A stretch of DNA of 64,000 nucleotides. It comes from a virus. Location of the stretch: the IMG/VR virus record IMGVR_UViG_3300010885_049703, positions 1-64,000 of that record; one strand, written 5' to 3'. Below, piece by piece: positions 20,101 through 29,240 of this stretch; positions within the stretch are counted from its first letter, which is position 1; each line of letters begins with the position of its first letter. The translations under genes and the position numbers were made by a program. A model generated the notes under the pieces. That model was not told the origin of the DNA. It saw only the letters and a program-made list of their open reading frames with translations, and did no database searches.

Positions 20101-23100
20101 ATCAAGACTTGTTGAGTTATGGACTTATTGGATTCCGGCCAAGACAATACATGACTGCACTGAATCTTGACGATGTCAGTCAGCTCAACGTATACAAACA
20201 GTTCCTGGGATCCAAAGGTACAAAATTCGCCATAGATTTATTTGGCAATGCAAGTTTTGGCAAAGAAGCAGCACAGTATACTGTCTATGAAAATTGGGCA
20301 ATATTAAAAGGGGTATATGGTGCTCAGGCCAATCGCAGTTTCTTTGATATTAGACTCAATCAGGCATTGCTGACCTCTAATCCTAGTACGGTGCAAATAA
20401 TACAACCTTTTGAGTTTTCACAAGCAGATCAAACAGTTACCTTGGACACACTGTGGAGAGAAAGCTACAAAATCACCAGCCCCAATGTTTTACCAACCAT
20501 CACCAAACAAGTAACAGATGTCAACTTGCCTAGTTCTGGTTATGTAAATCTCAATGACATTGATATCACAGTGTTTGATATCAACAATCCAGATGCAATA
20601 AATGCAGCACTATCTACAATTGGGGTCGGAACAACAATTTGGTTCGCAAAAATCAATGACTATGATTGGGGAGTATATCGTTGTTCTCATGTTCCAGGTG
20701 CTATTGTTGAAGTTGCAGATAATCTTGATGGTACCTCAATTGTTTTGTTCAATGAACAACATAATCTGGCAGTCAACGATCTTATTATTATTAAATTTTT
20801 CTCCACTAATATCAATGGTGTTTACAAGGTTTTTTCAGTACCATCAATAAACACCATTACCATCATCTATGAATTTGTTAATACTCCAGAAACCACTGTA
20901 CTTGGTGCAGGGGTTGGTCTTAAATTAGAAACTGCCAGAGTGGCTCAGGCCAGTGATATTAATGAGTTACCATATGTCAATGAAATGCAATCCGCCAGCC
21001 AGGTCTGGGTCGACGACATTGGTGACGGTCTTTGGTCTGTGTTGGAAAAAGAAAATCCCTGGACGTTCTCACAGTATATTTTGCCTATTCGATCAGCAAA
21101 TTCTAAATGGGCGTATGCCATTGCGCAGACTCAAAATAATAATATTTCTCTCATCTCTGCGCCGTTTTTAAGCACTGGAATAGTGTATCAATACAGTGTT
21201 AATTCAATTGGACTCTTCTCTGAAGGCTCCTTGTTGAGTTTGAATGCACCAGCAGTGTCTGGATATGGCTCTTCAATTACCATTGGTAATAATAGTTGGG
21301 GGGCAACTGGTGCTCCGACTAGTAATGACATTGGATACGCCAGTGTTTTATATTACAACGGTGAAACACAGTCTTTTGTAAATTCTCAATTGTTGTTGGC
21401 TCTTGATCAGCCGGGACCGGCAGAGTTTGGTTACAGCATGGCCATGAGCAGAAATGAGCGTTGGCTGTATATTGGTGCACCGGCAGTCAACGCAGTGTAT
21501 GCATATGGACAAGTTCCGGTGCCCGTGCAATATCTGACCTACAAAACCACAAGTCTCACCACTAGATTCAGTACAGTTGGGATCCAATATGACTATCCAG
21601 AACAGTTAGATGTCTATCTCAATGATACACCGCAGCGGTTAGGATTAAACTACACTGCTAGTTCGACTTTTATAACATTTGTTGACATTGTCAATGCAGA
21701 TGAAACTGTGACCATTTATCGTCGCACCAGAACTCAGCTTGATTTTAACCAGTACAATGATATCTCTCCCAATACATCAACAGGGGTAGGAACCGGCGCT
21801 ACATTTAATATTGATGTCACTCGTGGAATATATTCGGCTACTATACACACCAATGGAATAGACTACAGCCCGGGCGATGTTTTAACTATTTACGGTACGC
21901 AATTAGGTGGAGGAGTACCATCTGACAACTGTATAATCACAGTGGATGACGTGACATTTGCAGGGAATATTGCTGATTTTACTATCACAGGGTCAAGATC
22001 AGCGGCTCAAACAATATTCCCCATCAGCCAATATCTTTTTACTGCGCAAAATATCAATTCATTCACCGTAACGGTAAATGGTATCATACAGCGTCCTAAG
22101 ATTGATTATGAATGGGAAAAATCAGACAGTAGCCTCCCAGACAGCACGCTCAATGATTACGATCTAGTGTTTGTGACATCACCGGCGGCGGGTGCAGAGA
22201 TCTTTGTTGATGCTGCGACATATTATGCCTATGCCGGAAAAATAGCAGTCAGCGGATTGAATACTGATGCAAGATTTGGTCATTCTGTGGCCACCAATGC
22301 TGATGGTTCAGAGATATTGATTGGATGTCCACAAGAAAATTACAATGGAACATATAGAGCAGGCACTGCTTATGTGTTTAACAGAAGTATCCAGAGGTTC
22401 CAGGTTGATAGTGTGTATGTTGAAAATCCCATATTCTCTGTGAATAGTAATTTAGATTTTCCACCAGCAGTGACAGTCAATGAAGTATTTTTAAATAACA
22501 CCGCTCAGTGGGGCACCAACAGCACCAATACATTTACAGTGAGTTACCTTGGCGGCGGCTATACTGCTTCCACAGTGACGATCAATCAACCATTGAATAT
22601 TGGCAACACGGTTGAGATTGATACAAATCAATTTCAGCAAGTACAAAAAATTACGCCCGAGCAACCTGTAGAACGTGCTTATTTTGGTAAGAGCGTAATA
22701 TATGGATTATTTGACTGTGCCGTTGTAGCCGGGGCACCAGAAGACAGCTCAATATTGCCCCAGGCAGGTAGTGTACAGACTGACGTTAATCAAGCACGAT
22801 TATATGGAACAATAACCAGTACCGTGGCTTCTCCTGCACTCACAGCTGGGGCAACATTGCGTATCAACAATTACGAAGTTGCTGTACCAGCGTCGCCAAA
22901 TGATAATGTAACAGGACTGGTGGCAGCAATCAACGCCGCTGGCATTCCAAATGTTATAGCGGCAGTATCATCAGGGCTAGTGACCATTGATTTGATCAAT
23001 AAGTTAGCAGCAGTGCCGTATCAAAAATTACTGGTGTCTCCGGGAATGATCGGAACAGGAGTCAACAGTGTTTACAACGATCTGGGATTCACCAACTACG

Positions 23101-26100
23101 TGTATGCGCAGACTCTGGTTAATCCCTACATCAAAGATGGATCAAATTTTGGTGCATCGTTGTCTACTCAAGGTGTTGATCTTCTAGTTGGAGCTCCTTA
23201 TGGAACTCCACATATTATTGACACCTTTGATGGTGGCACAACATTCTTTGATGCAGGCAGCACTGTATTTTACACTGATATTTCACAGTGTGGCGCTGTT
23301 TATCAATTTGATTATCTACCATCGGCAGCCGAATCTGCACTTAATCCTGGTGCGTTTGTTTACGGGCAACAATTGTATTATAATGCATCAGAAACCAATG
23401 ACATGTTTGGCACAAGCATTGATTATACCGGCACATCATTGATGATAGGTGCACCGGGTACTGCATTTGACACAGTGGTTGATAATGGTGCCTTGGTTGC
23501 TTATAGAAATGCCAATCAAACTCAGGCCTGGACAACAAAACATTATCAGGCACCAGCAGTTAATATCTATGCCATTAACTCAGTTACACTGTATGATCGT
23601 TTACAAAGTGCAAAAACAGAATTTTTAGATTTCTTTGACCCGCTGCAAGGAAAGATTTTAGGCGCTGCTCGACAGAACATTGATCTTATTGCTGCAATTG
23701 ATCCGGCAAATTACAATGTTGGATTGGTCAACAATCAAGGAAATACCTGGGGAGCATCGCGAGTAGGAAAAATATGGTGGGATACCAGCACAGTGCGATT
23801 TGTTGATCCCGGGCAAGATGACATTGTCTATGCAAGTCGTCGGTGGGGACAGATCTTTCCCGGCAGCAGAGTAGATGTATATCAGTGGACTCAAAGTGAT
23901 GTTCCTCCAGCTGATTACACTGGTCCAGGAACCCCATATTCAATTACGAGATATTCAGTGGGATCGTTACTCAATAGTTCAGGTGCCTTTATCACCGAAT
24001 ATTTTTACTGGGTACGCAACATTCCATCGGTGAACACCGCAGCCAATAAAACGCTCAGTGCTGAGGTAATTGCACAGTATATTGCATCGCCAATTGCCAG
24101 TGGTATTCCTTTCATGGCGCCAGTGTCGCCAAGTTGCATTGCAATCTATAACAGCAATAGCTATTTAAATTCATATGATACTATAATTCATGTTGAATTT
24201 GATAGACAAATCAACGATGACAATGTTCATACTGAGTTTCAATTATTAGCACAAGGAAGAGCTGCAAGTTTCTTAACTCCTGCATTGTATAGAAAATTAC
24301 AAGATAGTTTTTGTGGGGTTGACCCGCAAGGGGGTGCAGTTCCAGATGTGTCCTTGAGTCCGGCAGAACGGTATGGAGTACAGTTCCGCCCCAGACAGTC
24401 AATGTTTGTAAATCGGTACCTTGCACTACAGAATTACATACAACATACTAATCTTATTTTAGCACAGTATCCAATAGCCGAAAGCCGGTCATTGACTCTG
24501 CTAAACAGCGAAGAGCCGATCCCCGCACAAGCCGGCAACTGGAACGAAGTGTTGGCCAATCTTGAAGAATTGAGCTGGCAAAACATTCAAATTGTACCAT
24601 TGGGATACAAGTATCTAATATTGAGCGACAGTAACAACAACGGTCTTTGGACAATATACACAGTAGAACTTGCAGCAACACTGTTGCGCCGCTTGATATT
24701 GACAAAAGTTCAAAGTTATGATACCAAGACCTATTGGAGTTATATTGACTGGTATTCTCCAGGATTCAATCGCACCAGTATTCCAAGTCAAGAAGTTCCA
24801 AGTTATGCTGCGCTGGTGGCGTTGAATGTTCCAGTGGGCACAGTTGTTTTGGTTACCAGCAACGGCGAAGGTAAATTTGAAATCTATCAACTTGATACAA
24901 CTGGCTGGAATAGAGTTGGTTTACAAGATGGCACTATTCAAATATCTGATGGCATTTGGAATTATGCCGAAGGTAAACTGGGGTTTGATGGTGAAGTGTT
25001 TGATGCACAGTATTTTGATCAAACACCGCAGACTGAAACTCGAAAAATCATTCAGAGCATCAATGAAGAATTGTTCATTGACGAATTACTGATTGAAAGA
25101 AATGACATCACTGTCTTGATGTTGAATTACATCTTGACCGAGCAGCTGGCACCTGAGTGGTTGACAAAAACCAGTTTGATTGATGTGGAACACAACATTC
25201 GAGAACTGTTACCTTACCCAACTTATAGACGAGACAATCAAGATTTTGTGTTGGACTATCTCAACGAAGTCAAGCCATATCATGTTCAGATTAGAGAATT
25301 TAATTTAAAATACAACGGCTTTGATAATTTTGCTGGAGATTTGGCAGACTTTGATTTGCCGGCTTACTATGATGCGGATATATCACCACCGCAATATGTC
25401 AGTCCAATTCTCACTGACAGTGAAATCGGACCCAGCGACCGTGCCGGCAACAATATTATCTGGCAGACAACACCGTATGATCAATGGTTTGACAATTACA
25501 AATTGTCAATTGAAGAAATTGTCATTGTTGATGGCGGAGCTGGATATACTTCCATCCCTACAGTAACCATCACCGGAACAGCAACCACACCGGCGACTGC
25601 ATACGCTCGCATTAATTCCGCTGGAGAAGTTGTTGCTGTTGTTCTTGCTACCCCAGGACTGGGATATCTGACCACAGCTATAGTCACTATCACCGGCGGT
25701 GATGGCACAGGTGCAAGGGCTGTAGCTTACATGGGCAACGGTCTTGTACGTAGTATTTCTACTACGATTAAATTTGACCGCTGCGAATATCAAACCAATA
25801 TATCAGAGTGGGAACCTAACATTACCTTTGACAACGGTCAGCTGGTAAGATACGATGCTAAAATTTGGGCAGCAAACAGTCCAGACAGTACCGGAGTCAA
25901 CACACCAACGTTTGATATAGAAGATTGGATCTTAGTTCCGATTAACGATCTCAGTGGTGTTGACCGTACCATGGGTTACTATGTTGCTGGGGTTAATTCC
26001 CCCGGACGAGAATTACCACTGTTGATTGATGGAATTGATTACCCAGGAGTACAGGTCCTTGGACTACCGCTGGAATACGATACTGGATTTGATCATGGCC

Positions 26101-28409
26101 CGTTTGATGTTACTCCTTGGGATAACTTAGACTTTGGTCCAGAAGGTCGTCCCACCTACAGTGATACTATGTTAAATGCACAGTATCAAAGTAGTTTCCT
26201 TGACATATATCTTGGCACACGCCCAGATGATGTCAACATTGACGGTGGAGCATTTGTTGACACCTATTCAAGTCATGCTCCTCAAGAGTTAGTACCTGGC
26301 CAGGAATTTGATACACTTGATTTCCGTGTATATACTCGGCCTGGATCTGATTGGAATGATCTTGGTCATGGATTCAACATCCTGGCACTGCGCAGTGAGT
26401 ACGATCCAGCAGCCCCGGTCATTTATTGGGGAGATGTTGGTGTAACACAAAATGTCAATGAACTAAACCCTGTAGGCCTGGACCTAAGCAACATTACTCA
26501 ACAAAGAGATTTGACCCTGGGAATAAATTACACAATAGATTGGGTCGAACAAACGGTCACTATTTTAAGTGGTGCAGTATTGAATGATGTATTAATTGTA
26601 GATGTCTATCAAATGGGCGGTGGAAACCAGCTGCTTAGGGCCAACTATAACGGAGCCAGCGTTGGCACATTACTTGAGATTGCAGTTAACTTCGACGAAA
26701 TTTATGAATTAGTTATCTTGGTCAACGGTGCAGAATTGACTGATGGAGTTGATTACATCTATGAAGGCATAGGATCAATAACACAAATTACGTTTTACGT
26801 AATTCTCACTGGCAGTGATGGTATAAGTCTAACTGTCATGGGCACTGAAACTCCAGAGCAGTACAGTTGGAGTAAGCCAGTGACTGAGTATATTACAGTG
26901 TTAGAAACCCCATCACTGGCCACGGCTATACTAACTTATCCTTTGGCAAATCCCATGATAGGGTCAAACAGTGACAACGCCTATGTCACTGTCAATGGAT
27001 TTATGGCCAGACCATCGCAGGGAATTGAATGGTATGGCGATGGATCTAGTGCAGAGTTTCTCATGCCAGTTCGTGGTGGCTACAGTCAGGGTCTTATTGC
27101 TGACAATGAAGTTCACGTCTATGTCAATGATGTTGAACAAATATTAGGCAGTCAATTTACCGTGGTTCCTTGGGACGGGTTCAGTGACAGAACAATTATA
27201 TTAAGCTATGTTCCGGCAGTTGGCGATCGAGTATTAATTTGTGTTAACACCCGAGCTGATTATATAATTTCATATGATGGAACAGAGTGGAATATTACAT
27301 TTAGACCATCAGGTTTATTTGGTATATTCCCCGGGGATATTGTTGCAGTGACCAGCTGGAACGACACCAGCCAACAAAATATTGTACAAAAAGTTTGGGT
27401 AAGTCCTCTTTCTACAGGTGGTACCAATACTGAAACATATGATACATATCCTTTTGATTTTGGAACAGTATCTGGTGACCCAGGCAGCTATGATTTCAGC
27501 GAAGGTATCATTGTCAATTACAATGATTTTAATCTGGATAGGGTTCAGCAAAATGCCAATCGTATGATTGTGACTTACAATGGGCGCAGACTCTTCAATG
27601 GCGCTGGGTTTACTGTGCAATACGATGATACTACGTCATATTTAATATTGCCATTTGTCATCAATGTGACAGATGTTGTTGTAGCTACACTGTTTACCAA
27701 TGATATAGTACCCGAGGCAATGGCTTTCAGGATATTCCAAGATATGCGGGGAACCCAGGCCACTTATAGAATTTTACCTAGCAGCGAAACTACGCTGGCG
27801 GAGAGTGTGCTTTATGATGATGATGTTATATATGTCAACGATGCGGGAAATCTGGGTGTACCTGACCCTGCAAAAAATATCTGGGGTGTAGTGACTATTG
27901 GAGGCGAGCGTGTGATGTATCGTTATAGAGATACAGTAACCAACTCTATATCAGGGTTGCTCAGAGGAACAGCCGGCACAGCAGCAGCATCACATCCAAG
28001 TGGAATCAAAGCCATTGCCATGGGGCGTGAAAGCATTCTTGAGCAAGGGTATGAAGATCAATTTGTGCATACAAATATCATGGCCAATGGGCAACAAACT
28101 GTATTCTCTGCACCCAATGTTGATTTATTAAATGTTGACAGCACTGAATACAGTGATGCTTTGAGAGTTTTGGTTGGCGGTATTCCTGTACCCCCGACCC
28201 AATACGTGTTGACATCGCCTAGCCCTGCAACTGTGACTTTCTATGATCCACCACAAAAAGGCGTACAAGTCACATTGGGAGTGCTGCAATCACAATCTTG
28301 GTACGGTATAAGGCTCTTTCCACCGGCACCCAGCAACGGTGTTCCATTGCAAAACACCCAAACTGCAGCAGCCAAGTTCTTACGTGGAGTACGGACGCAA
28401 TTGTTCTAA
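14172..28409 (+). CDS. giant (4745 aa) baseplate/tail structural protein with FG-GAP-like repeats and accessory beta domains
   Basis: TAATG-coupled to gp6. gp7-like N-terminus (FLPEIFQT). Several FGxSxA...IGAP repeats, repeated VYVNG-type domains and an EVKPYHV motif. Confidence 0.65.
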   Translation: MARVRTVEFLPEIFQTSTNRQFLASTLDQLVQEPSFKKTQGYIGRKIGPGINPTDADYVVEPTAERANYQLEPSVVFKLPDTDTVYDTITYPGITDALKLQGADVTRSDRLYGSQYYAWDPFVAYDKLVNFSEYYWLPSGPLSVAVTGGVIPIRNTIEVTRNPGFYSFSDAQGQNPVITLVRGGSYQFSIAQNKKNTVNYRVTNQGNKAYIIDYQANPAITLVRGNTYIFTLSIDGNYPFWIKTIASTGVVNVYSTGVTNNGAFDGTVTFTVPQNAPNTLYYSSQTSSQMQGVFNIISGEPGTGPGFYIQAQPGVDGSMPTTPNISSRDVLGVVNNGEDLGTVTFNVPSKTAQNFYYNLTSIDSVDLLSQIKFNEINNIYVDDFLAAYPAGIDGVTDLENRTLVFDIPSLEGTGIDVDTAIAGGWLRTTFYSPDYAADPTPGYNEEPYDLTTSIVSLNERYSVWQIQFNTDDDGGQYMTLAVKQEVNEFEKFRIVFGVQWSSTQWYRSDNSYFEKIPLLTAVLDTVFYQDSLDPTLVGEIRLIDPTVETTLDLDTIIGKKQYTSPNGVKFTNGLIVQFRGNVTPESYANNEYFVEGVGEAIVLVPVTELVTPETYTQSLSVSFDVVPYDIGNYDVSNNQPIEQDYITINRASTDRNAWSRSNRWFHRQVLEESASYNNTTPLLDLAARARRPILEFQAGTKLFNSGTAGKNPVNIIDFTTLDAFSDINGVLNTYIINGYTLVNGSRVIFAADTDPNVRNKIYTVELISPDTVLPLIAEPIINLTVADDGDVSYNNQTVCLNGSTLQGKSFWFDGVTWQEAQEKTSTNQSPLFDVLVNGHSLSDTVYFGSSTFRGSKLFSYAVDSASVADPILGFPLKYLTINNVGDIVFDNNFYTDTFVYVENRISLTEPISQGFVYRYLDQVAYTRKIGWATAPYQNATYQQFQFTYTGQPLLLDVRVRDQIIDPYVPQTYPVIKLYAGSKFRDPGTYTYTQTEFTTIINVDSTIAPGETIIVLALSDQVSSVAFYQVPSNLENNALNQNPNTVTLGTVRTHYQTICENLITIQGTINGSNNSRDLGYIAPYGLNILQQSSPLTLAGYFLRDQNYELFTALDFNTREYTKYKTQLLDLVAARDWGSQTSAQILTNAVAILTAGRTESSPFYWSDMLPARTVYASTTYTHTPISTNSFNTSRVYDFNSSNYYAVLVYVNGRLLTLNFEYTVAVDAPIIIITAPLEVGDVIIIQEFDTTVGNYVPNTPTKMGLYPAFRPQIYLDTTYVTPTTVIQGHDGSITVAFDDIRDEILLDFETRIYNNLKIHSVLPISATEIIPGQFRVTEYSQSEVTDILSADFLTWVGSNKLDYSAQQYIATNPWTYNYSQSSNKLTGAPLLGGWRGIYEYFYDTDRPNEAPWEMLGFTEQPIWWEDRYGVAPYTSGNLVLWDDLSLGRVADPAGAYILPQYVRPGLTQVLPVDGEGALIPPLESVVGLYSRTTFQRSWKIGDDGPVENAWRTSSSYPFAIMRLFALTKPAKFFSLLVDRDLYKYDTAFNQYLYNGRYRVDANAIELYGNGVSKASYINWIVDYNTYLGNTSTTAVLKQNLKGLGVQLAYRMASFSDKLYIKVYTEKPSPNSLNTSLLLPDDSYDLFLYKNQPSDDIVYSSIIVQRVPDGYNVFGYGILHPYFEILISKPTGPRVTISAGNTTATVPVTYSNDIVQVPYGYVFTNETAVCDFILSYGALMSARGMIFDDVENGLTLNWAQMAQEFLYWSNQGWGPGSIINLNPTAQTLMVTRPGLIVDSIVERGVQTVLQDQNRQRLAVRDLVVDRYDNTFKVTSQTEQTINYIDLKFTAYEHIVVLKNVSVFGDLIYDPVTAARQGRLLLVAATTTDWNGQLDAQGFILNQNNIKEWLPDVKYTKGQIVTFKNNYYSAATIVEPKNEFDFNDWLISDYTKIQKGLLPNLANKANQIQQSYNTISANLERDQDLLSYGLIGFRPRQYMTALNLDDVSQLNVYKQFLGSKGTKFAIDLFGNASFGKEAAQYTVYENWAILKGVYGAQANRSFFDIRLNQALLTSNPSTVQIIQPFEFSQADQTVTLDTLWRESYKITSPNVLPTITKQVTDVNLPSSGYVNLNDIDITVFDINNPDAINAALSTIGVGTTIWFAKINDYDWGVYRCSHVPGAIVEVADNLDGTSIVLFNEQHNLAVNDLIIIKFFSTNINGVYKVFSVPSINTITIIYEFVNTPETTVLGAGVGLKLETARVAQASDINELPYVNEMQSASQVWVDDIGDGLWSVLEKENPWTFSQYILPIRSANSKWAYAIAQTQNNNISLISAPFLSTGIVYQYSVNSIGLFSEGSLLSLNAPAVSGYGSSITIGNNSWGATGAPTSNDIGYASVLYYNGETQSFVNSQLLLALDQPGPAEFGYSMAMSRNERWLYIGAPAVNAVYAYGQVPVPVQYLTYKTTSLTTRFSTVGIQYDYPEQLDVYLNDTPQRLGLNYTASSTFITFVDIVNADETVTIYRRTRTQLDFNQYNDISPNTSTGVGTGATFNIDVTRGIYSATIHTNGIDYSPGDVLTIYGTQLGGGVPSDNCIITVDDVTFAGNIADFTITGSRSAAQTIFPISQYLFTAQNINSFTVTVNGIIQRPKIDYEWEKSDSSLPDSTLNDYDLVFVTSPAAGAEIFVDAATYYAYAGKIAVSGLNTDARFGHSVATNADGSEILIGCPQENYNGTYRAGTAYVFNRSIQRFQVDSVYVENPIFSVNSNLDFPPAVTVNEVFLNNTAQWGTNSTNTFTVSYLGGGYTASTVTINQPLNIGNTVEIDTNQFQQVQKITPEQPVERAYFGKSVIYGLFDCAVVAGAPEDSSILPQAGSVQTDVNQARLYGTITSTVASPALTAGATLRINNYEVAVPASPNDNVTGLVAAINAAGIPNVIAAVSSGLVTIDLINKLAAVPYQKLLVSPGMIGTGVNSVYNDLGFTNYVYAQTLVNPYIKDGSNFGASLSTQGVDLLVGAPYGTPHIIDTFDGGTTFFDAGSTVFYTDISQCGAVYQFDYLPSAAESALNPGAFVYGQQLYYNASETNDMFGTSIDYTGTSLMIGAPGTAFDTVVDNGALVAYRNANQTQAWTTKHYQAPAVNIYAINSVTLYDRLQSAKTEFLDFFDPLQGKILGAARQNIDLIAAIDPANYNVGLVNNQGNTWGASRVGKIWWDTSTVRFVDPGQDDIVYASRRWGQIFPGSRVDVYQWTQSDVPPADYTGPGTPYSITRYSVGSLLNSSGAFITEYFYWVRNIPSVNTAANKTLSAEVIAQYIASPIASGIPFMAPVSPSCIAIYNSNSYLNSYDTIIHVEFDRQINDDNVHTEFQLLAQGRAASFLTPALYRKLQDSFCGVDPQGGAVPDVSLSPAERYGVQFRPRQSMFVNRYLALQNYIQHTNLILAQYPIAESRSLTLLNSEEPIPAQAGNWNEVLANLEELSWQNIQIVPLGYKYLILSDSNNNGLWTIYTVELAATLLRRLILTKVQSYDTKTYWSYIDWYSPGFNRTSIPSQEVPSYAALVALNVPVGTVVLVTSNGEGKFEIYQLDTTGWNRVGLQDGTIQISDGIWNYAEGKLGFDGEVFDAQYFDQTPQTETRKIIQSINEELFIDELLIERNDITVLMLNYILTEQLAPEWLTKTSLIDVEHNIRELLPYPTYRRDNQDFVLDYLNEVKPYHVQIREFNLKYNGFDNFAGDLADFDLPAYYDADISPPQYVSPILTDSEIGPSDRAGNNIIWQTTPYDQWFDNYKLSIEEIVIVDGGAGYTSIPTVTITGTATTPATAYARINSAGEVVAVVLATPGLGYLTTAIVTITGGDGTGARAVAYMGNGLVRSISTTIKFDRCEYQTNISEWEPNITFDNGQLVRYDAKIWAANSPDSTGVNTPTFDIEDWILVPINDLSGVDRTMGYYVAGVNSPGRELPLLIDGIDYPGVQVLGLPLEYDTGFDHGPFDVTPWDNLDFGPEGRPTYSDTMLNAQYQSSFLDIYLGTRPDDVNIDGGAFVDTYSSHAPQELVPGQEFDTLDFRVYTRPGSDWNDLGHGFNILALRSEYDPAAPVIYWGDVGVTQNVNELNPVGLDLSNITQQRDLTLGINYTIDWVEQTVTILSGAVLNDVLIVDVYQMGGGNQLLRANYNGASVGTLLEIAVNFDEIYELVILVNGAELTDGVDYIYEGIGSITQITFYVILTGSDGISLTVMGTETPEQYSWSKPVTEYITVLETPSLATAILTYPLANPMIGSNSDNAYVTVNGFMARPSQGIEWYGDGSSAEFLMPVRGGYSQGLIADNEVHVYVNDVEQILGSQFTVVPWDGFSDRTIILSYVPAVGDRVLICVNTRADYIISYDGTEWNITFRPSGLFGIFPGDIVAVTSWNDTSQQNIVQKVWVSPLSTGGTNTETYDTYPFDFGTVSGDPGSYDFSEGIIVNYNDFNLDRVQQNANRMIVTYNGRRLFNGAGFTVQYDDTTSYLILPFVINVTDVVVATLFTNDIVPEAMAFRIFQDMRGTQATYRILPSSETTLAESVLYDDDVIYVNDAGNLGVPDPAKNIWGVVTIGGERVMYRYRDTVTNSISGLLRGTAGTAAASHPSGIKAIAMGRESILEQGYEDQFVHTNIMANGQQTVFSAPNVDLLNVDSTEYSDALRVLVGGIPVPPTQYVLTSPSPATVTFYDPPQKGVQVTLGVLQSQSWYGIRLFPPAPSNGVPLQNTQTAAAKFLRGVRTQLF

Positions 28410-28429
28410 ATCATGCTCAACATACTAGG

Positions 28430-28435
28430 TAAATA
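28430..28435 (+). promoter_or_regulatory. putative late promoter (TAAATA)
   Basis: Intergenic, 7 nt before ATG 28443. Confidence 0.5.
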
Positions 28436-28442
28436 ATACATC

Positions 28443-28586
28443 ATGGAAAAACCAATCAACCCCGAACACAAAGTTGACCCGCAACCAGAACGCCGTCCCA
28501 ACGAGAACGGCAATGTACATGTCGAGGCTTTTATGCGTATTTTTGACCCAAAAAATAAAGAAGTATTTGTAGAAGGACGAGCATAA
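28443..28586 (+). CDS. 47-aa protein paralogous to the N-terminus of the next gene
   Basis: Not in ORF track. MEKPINPEHKVDPQPERRPNENGNVHVEAFMRIFDPKNKEVFVEGRA. Fills the gap and overlaps the next gene via TAATG. Confidence 0.75.
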   Translation: MEKPINPEHKVDPQPERRPNENGNVHVEAFMRIFDPKNKEVFVEGRA

Positions 28587-29188
28587 TGCAAGTGCCTGTG
28601 AAGATTGAAGGATTTATTAAAATTTTTAATCCGTTGACCAACGAAGTATTTGTGGACAAAAAGAACGCGATTCACTATGAAAATATATCTGTTAGCATGG
28701 CGCAAACGCTGGCAGATCGCAACACTGGATATATCTATCAGATGGCGTTTGGCAATGGTGGCAGCTCGGTTGACCCAACCGGGGTCATCACATATTTGCC
28801 CCCAAATACAGTGGGGCAAAACGCCACTTTATACAATCAAACATATCAAAAAGTTGTTGATGACAACAGTGTGGACAACACTGATCCCATCAACAACAAG
28901 ATGACAGTGTTACATACTCCAGGCAAATTTTATACTGATATTCTGGTAACTTGTTTACTGGATTATGGAGAACCAGCGGGACAAGCTGCATTTGACAACA
29001 GCACCAATTTTAGTGGTGAATATGTGTTTGACGAACTTGGACTCAAAACCTGGAATGGATCTGCCACTGATTTACGCTTGATCACGCATGTAATTTTTCA
29101 CCCGGTGCAAAAGAGCTTGAATAGGCAGATACAAATTGATTATACCTTACGCATACAAACGCTGACTACCCTCAGCAGCAATGCATAA
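28586..29188 (+). CDS. baseplate/tail-fibre attachment-type structural protein
   Basis: MAFGNGG, FDELGL and LITHVIFHPVQKS..R.I.I.Y motifs. Lies upstream of the fibre genes. Confidence 0.55.
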   Translation: MQVPVKIEGFIKIFNPLTNEVFVDKKNAIHYENISVSMAQTLADRNTGYIYQMAFGNGGSSVDPTGVITYLPPNTVGQNATLYNQTYQKVVDDNSVDNTDPINNKMTVLHTPGKFYTDILVTCLLDYGEPAGQAAFDNSTNFSGEYVFDELGLKTWNGSATDLRLITHVIFHPVQKSLNRQIQIDYTLRIQTLTTLSSNA

Positions 29189-29216
29189 ATATGGGTAGAT
29201 TTAATACAAATAAATA
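29186..29216 (+). promoter_or_regulatory. two TAAATA late-promoter-like motifs
   Basis: TAAATA at 29186-29191 and 29211-29216, upstream of the fibre gene with AGGA SD. Confidence 0.45.
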
Positions 29217-29240
29217 ACTGACAAGGACAGGTTATAAAAA

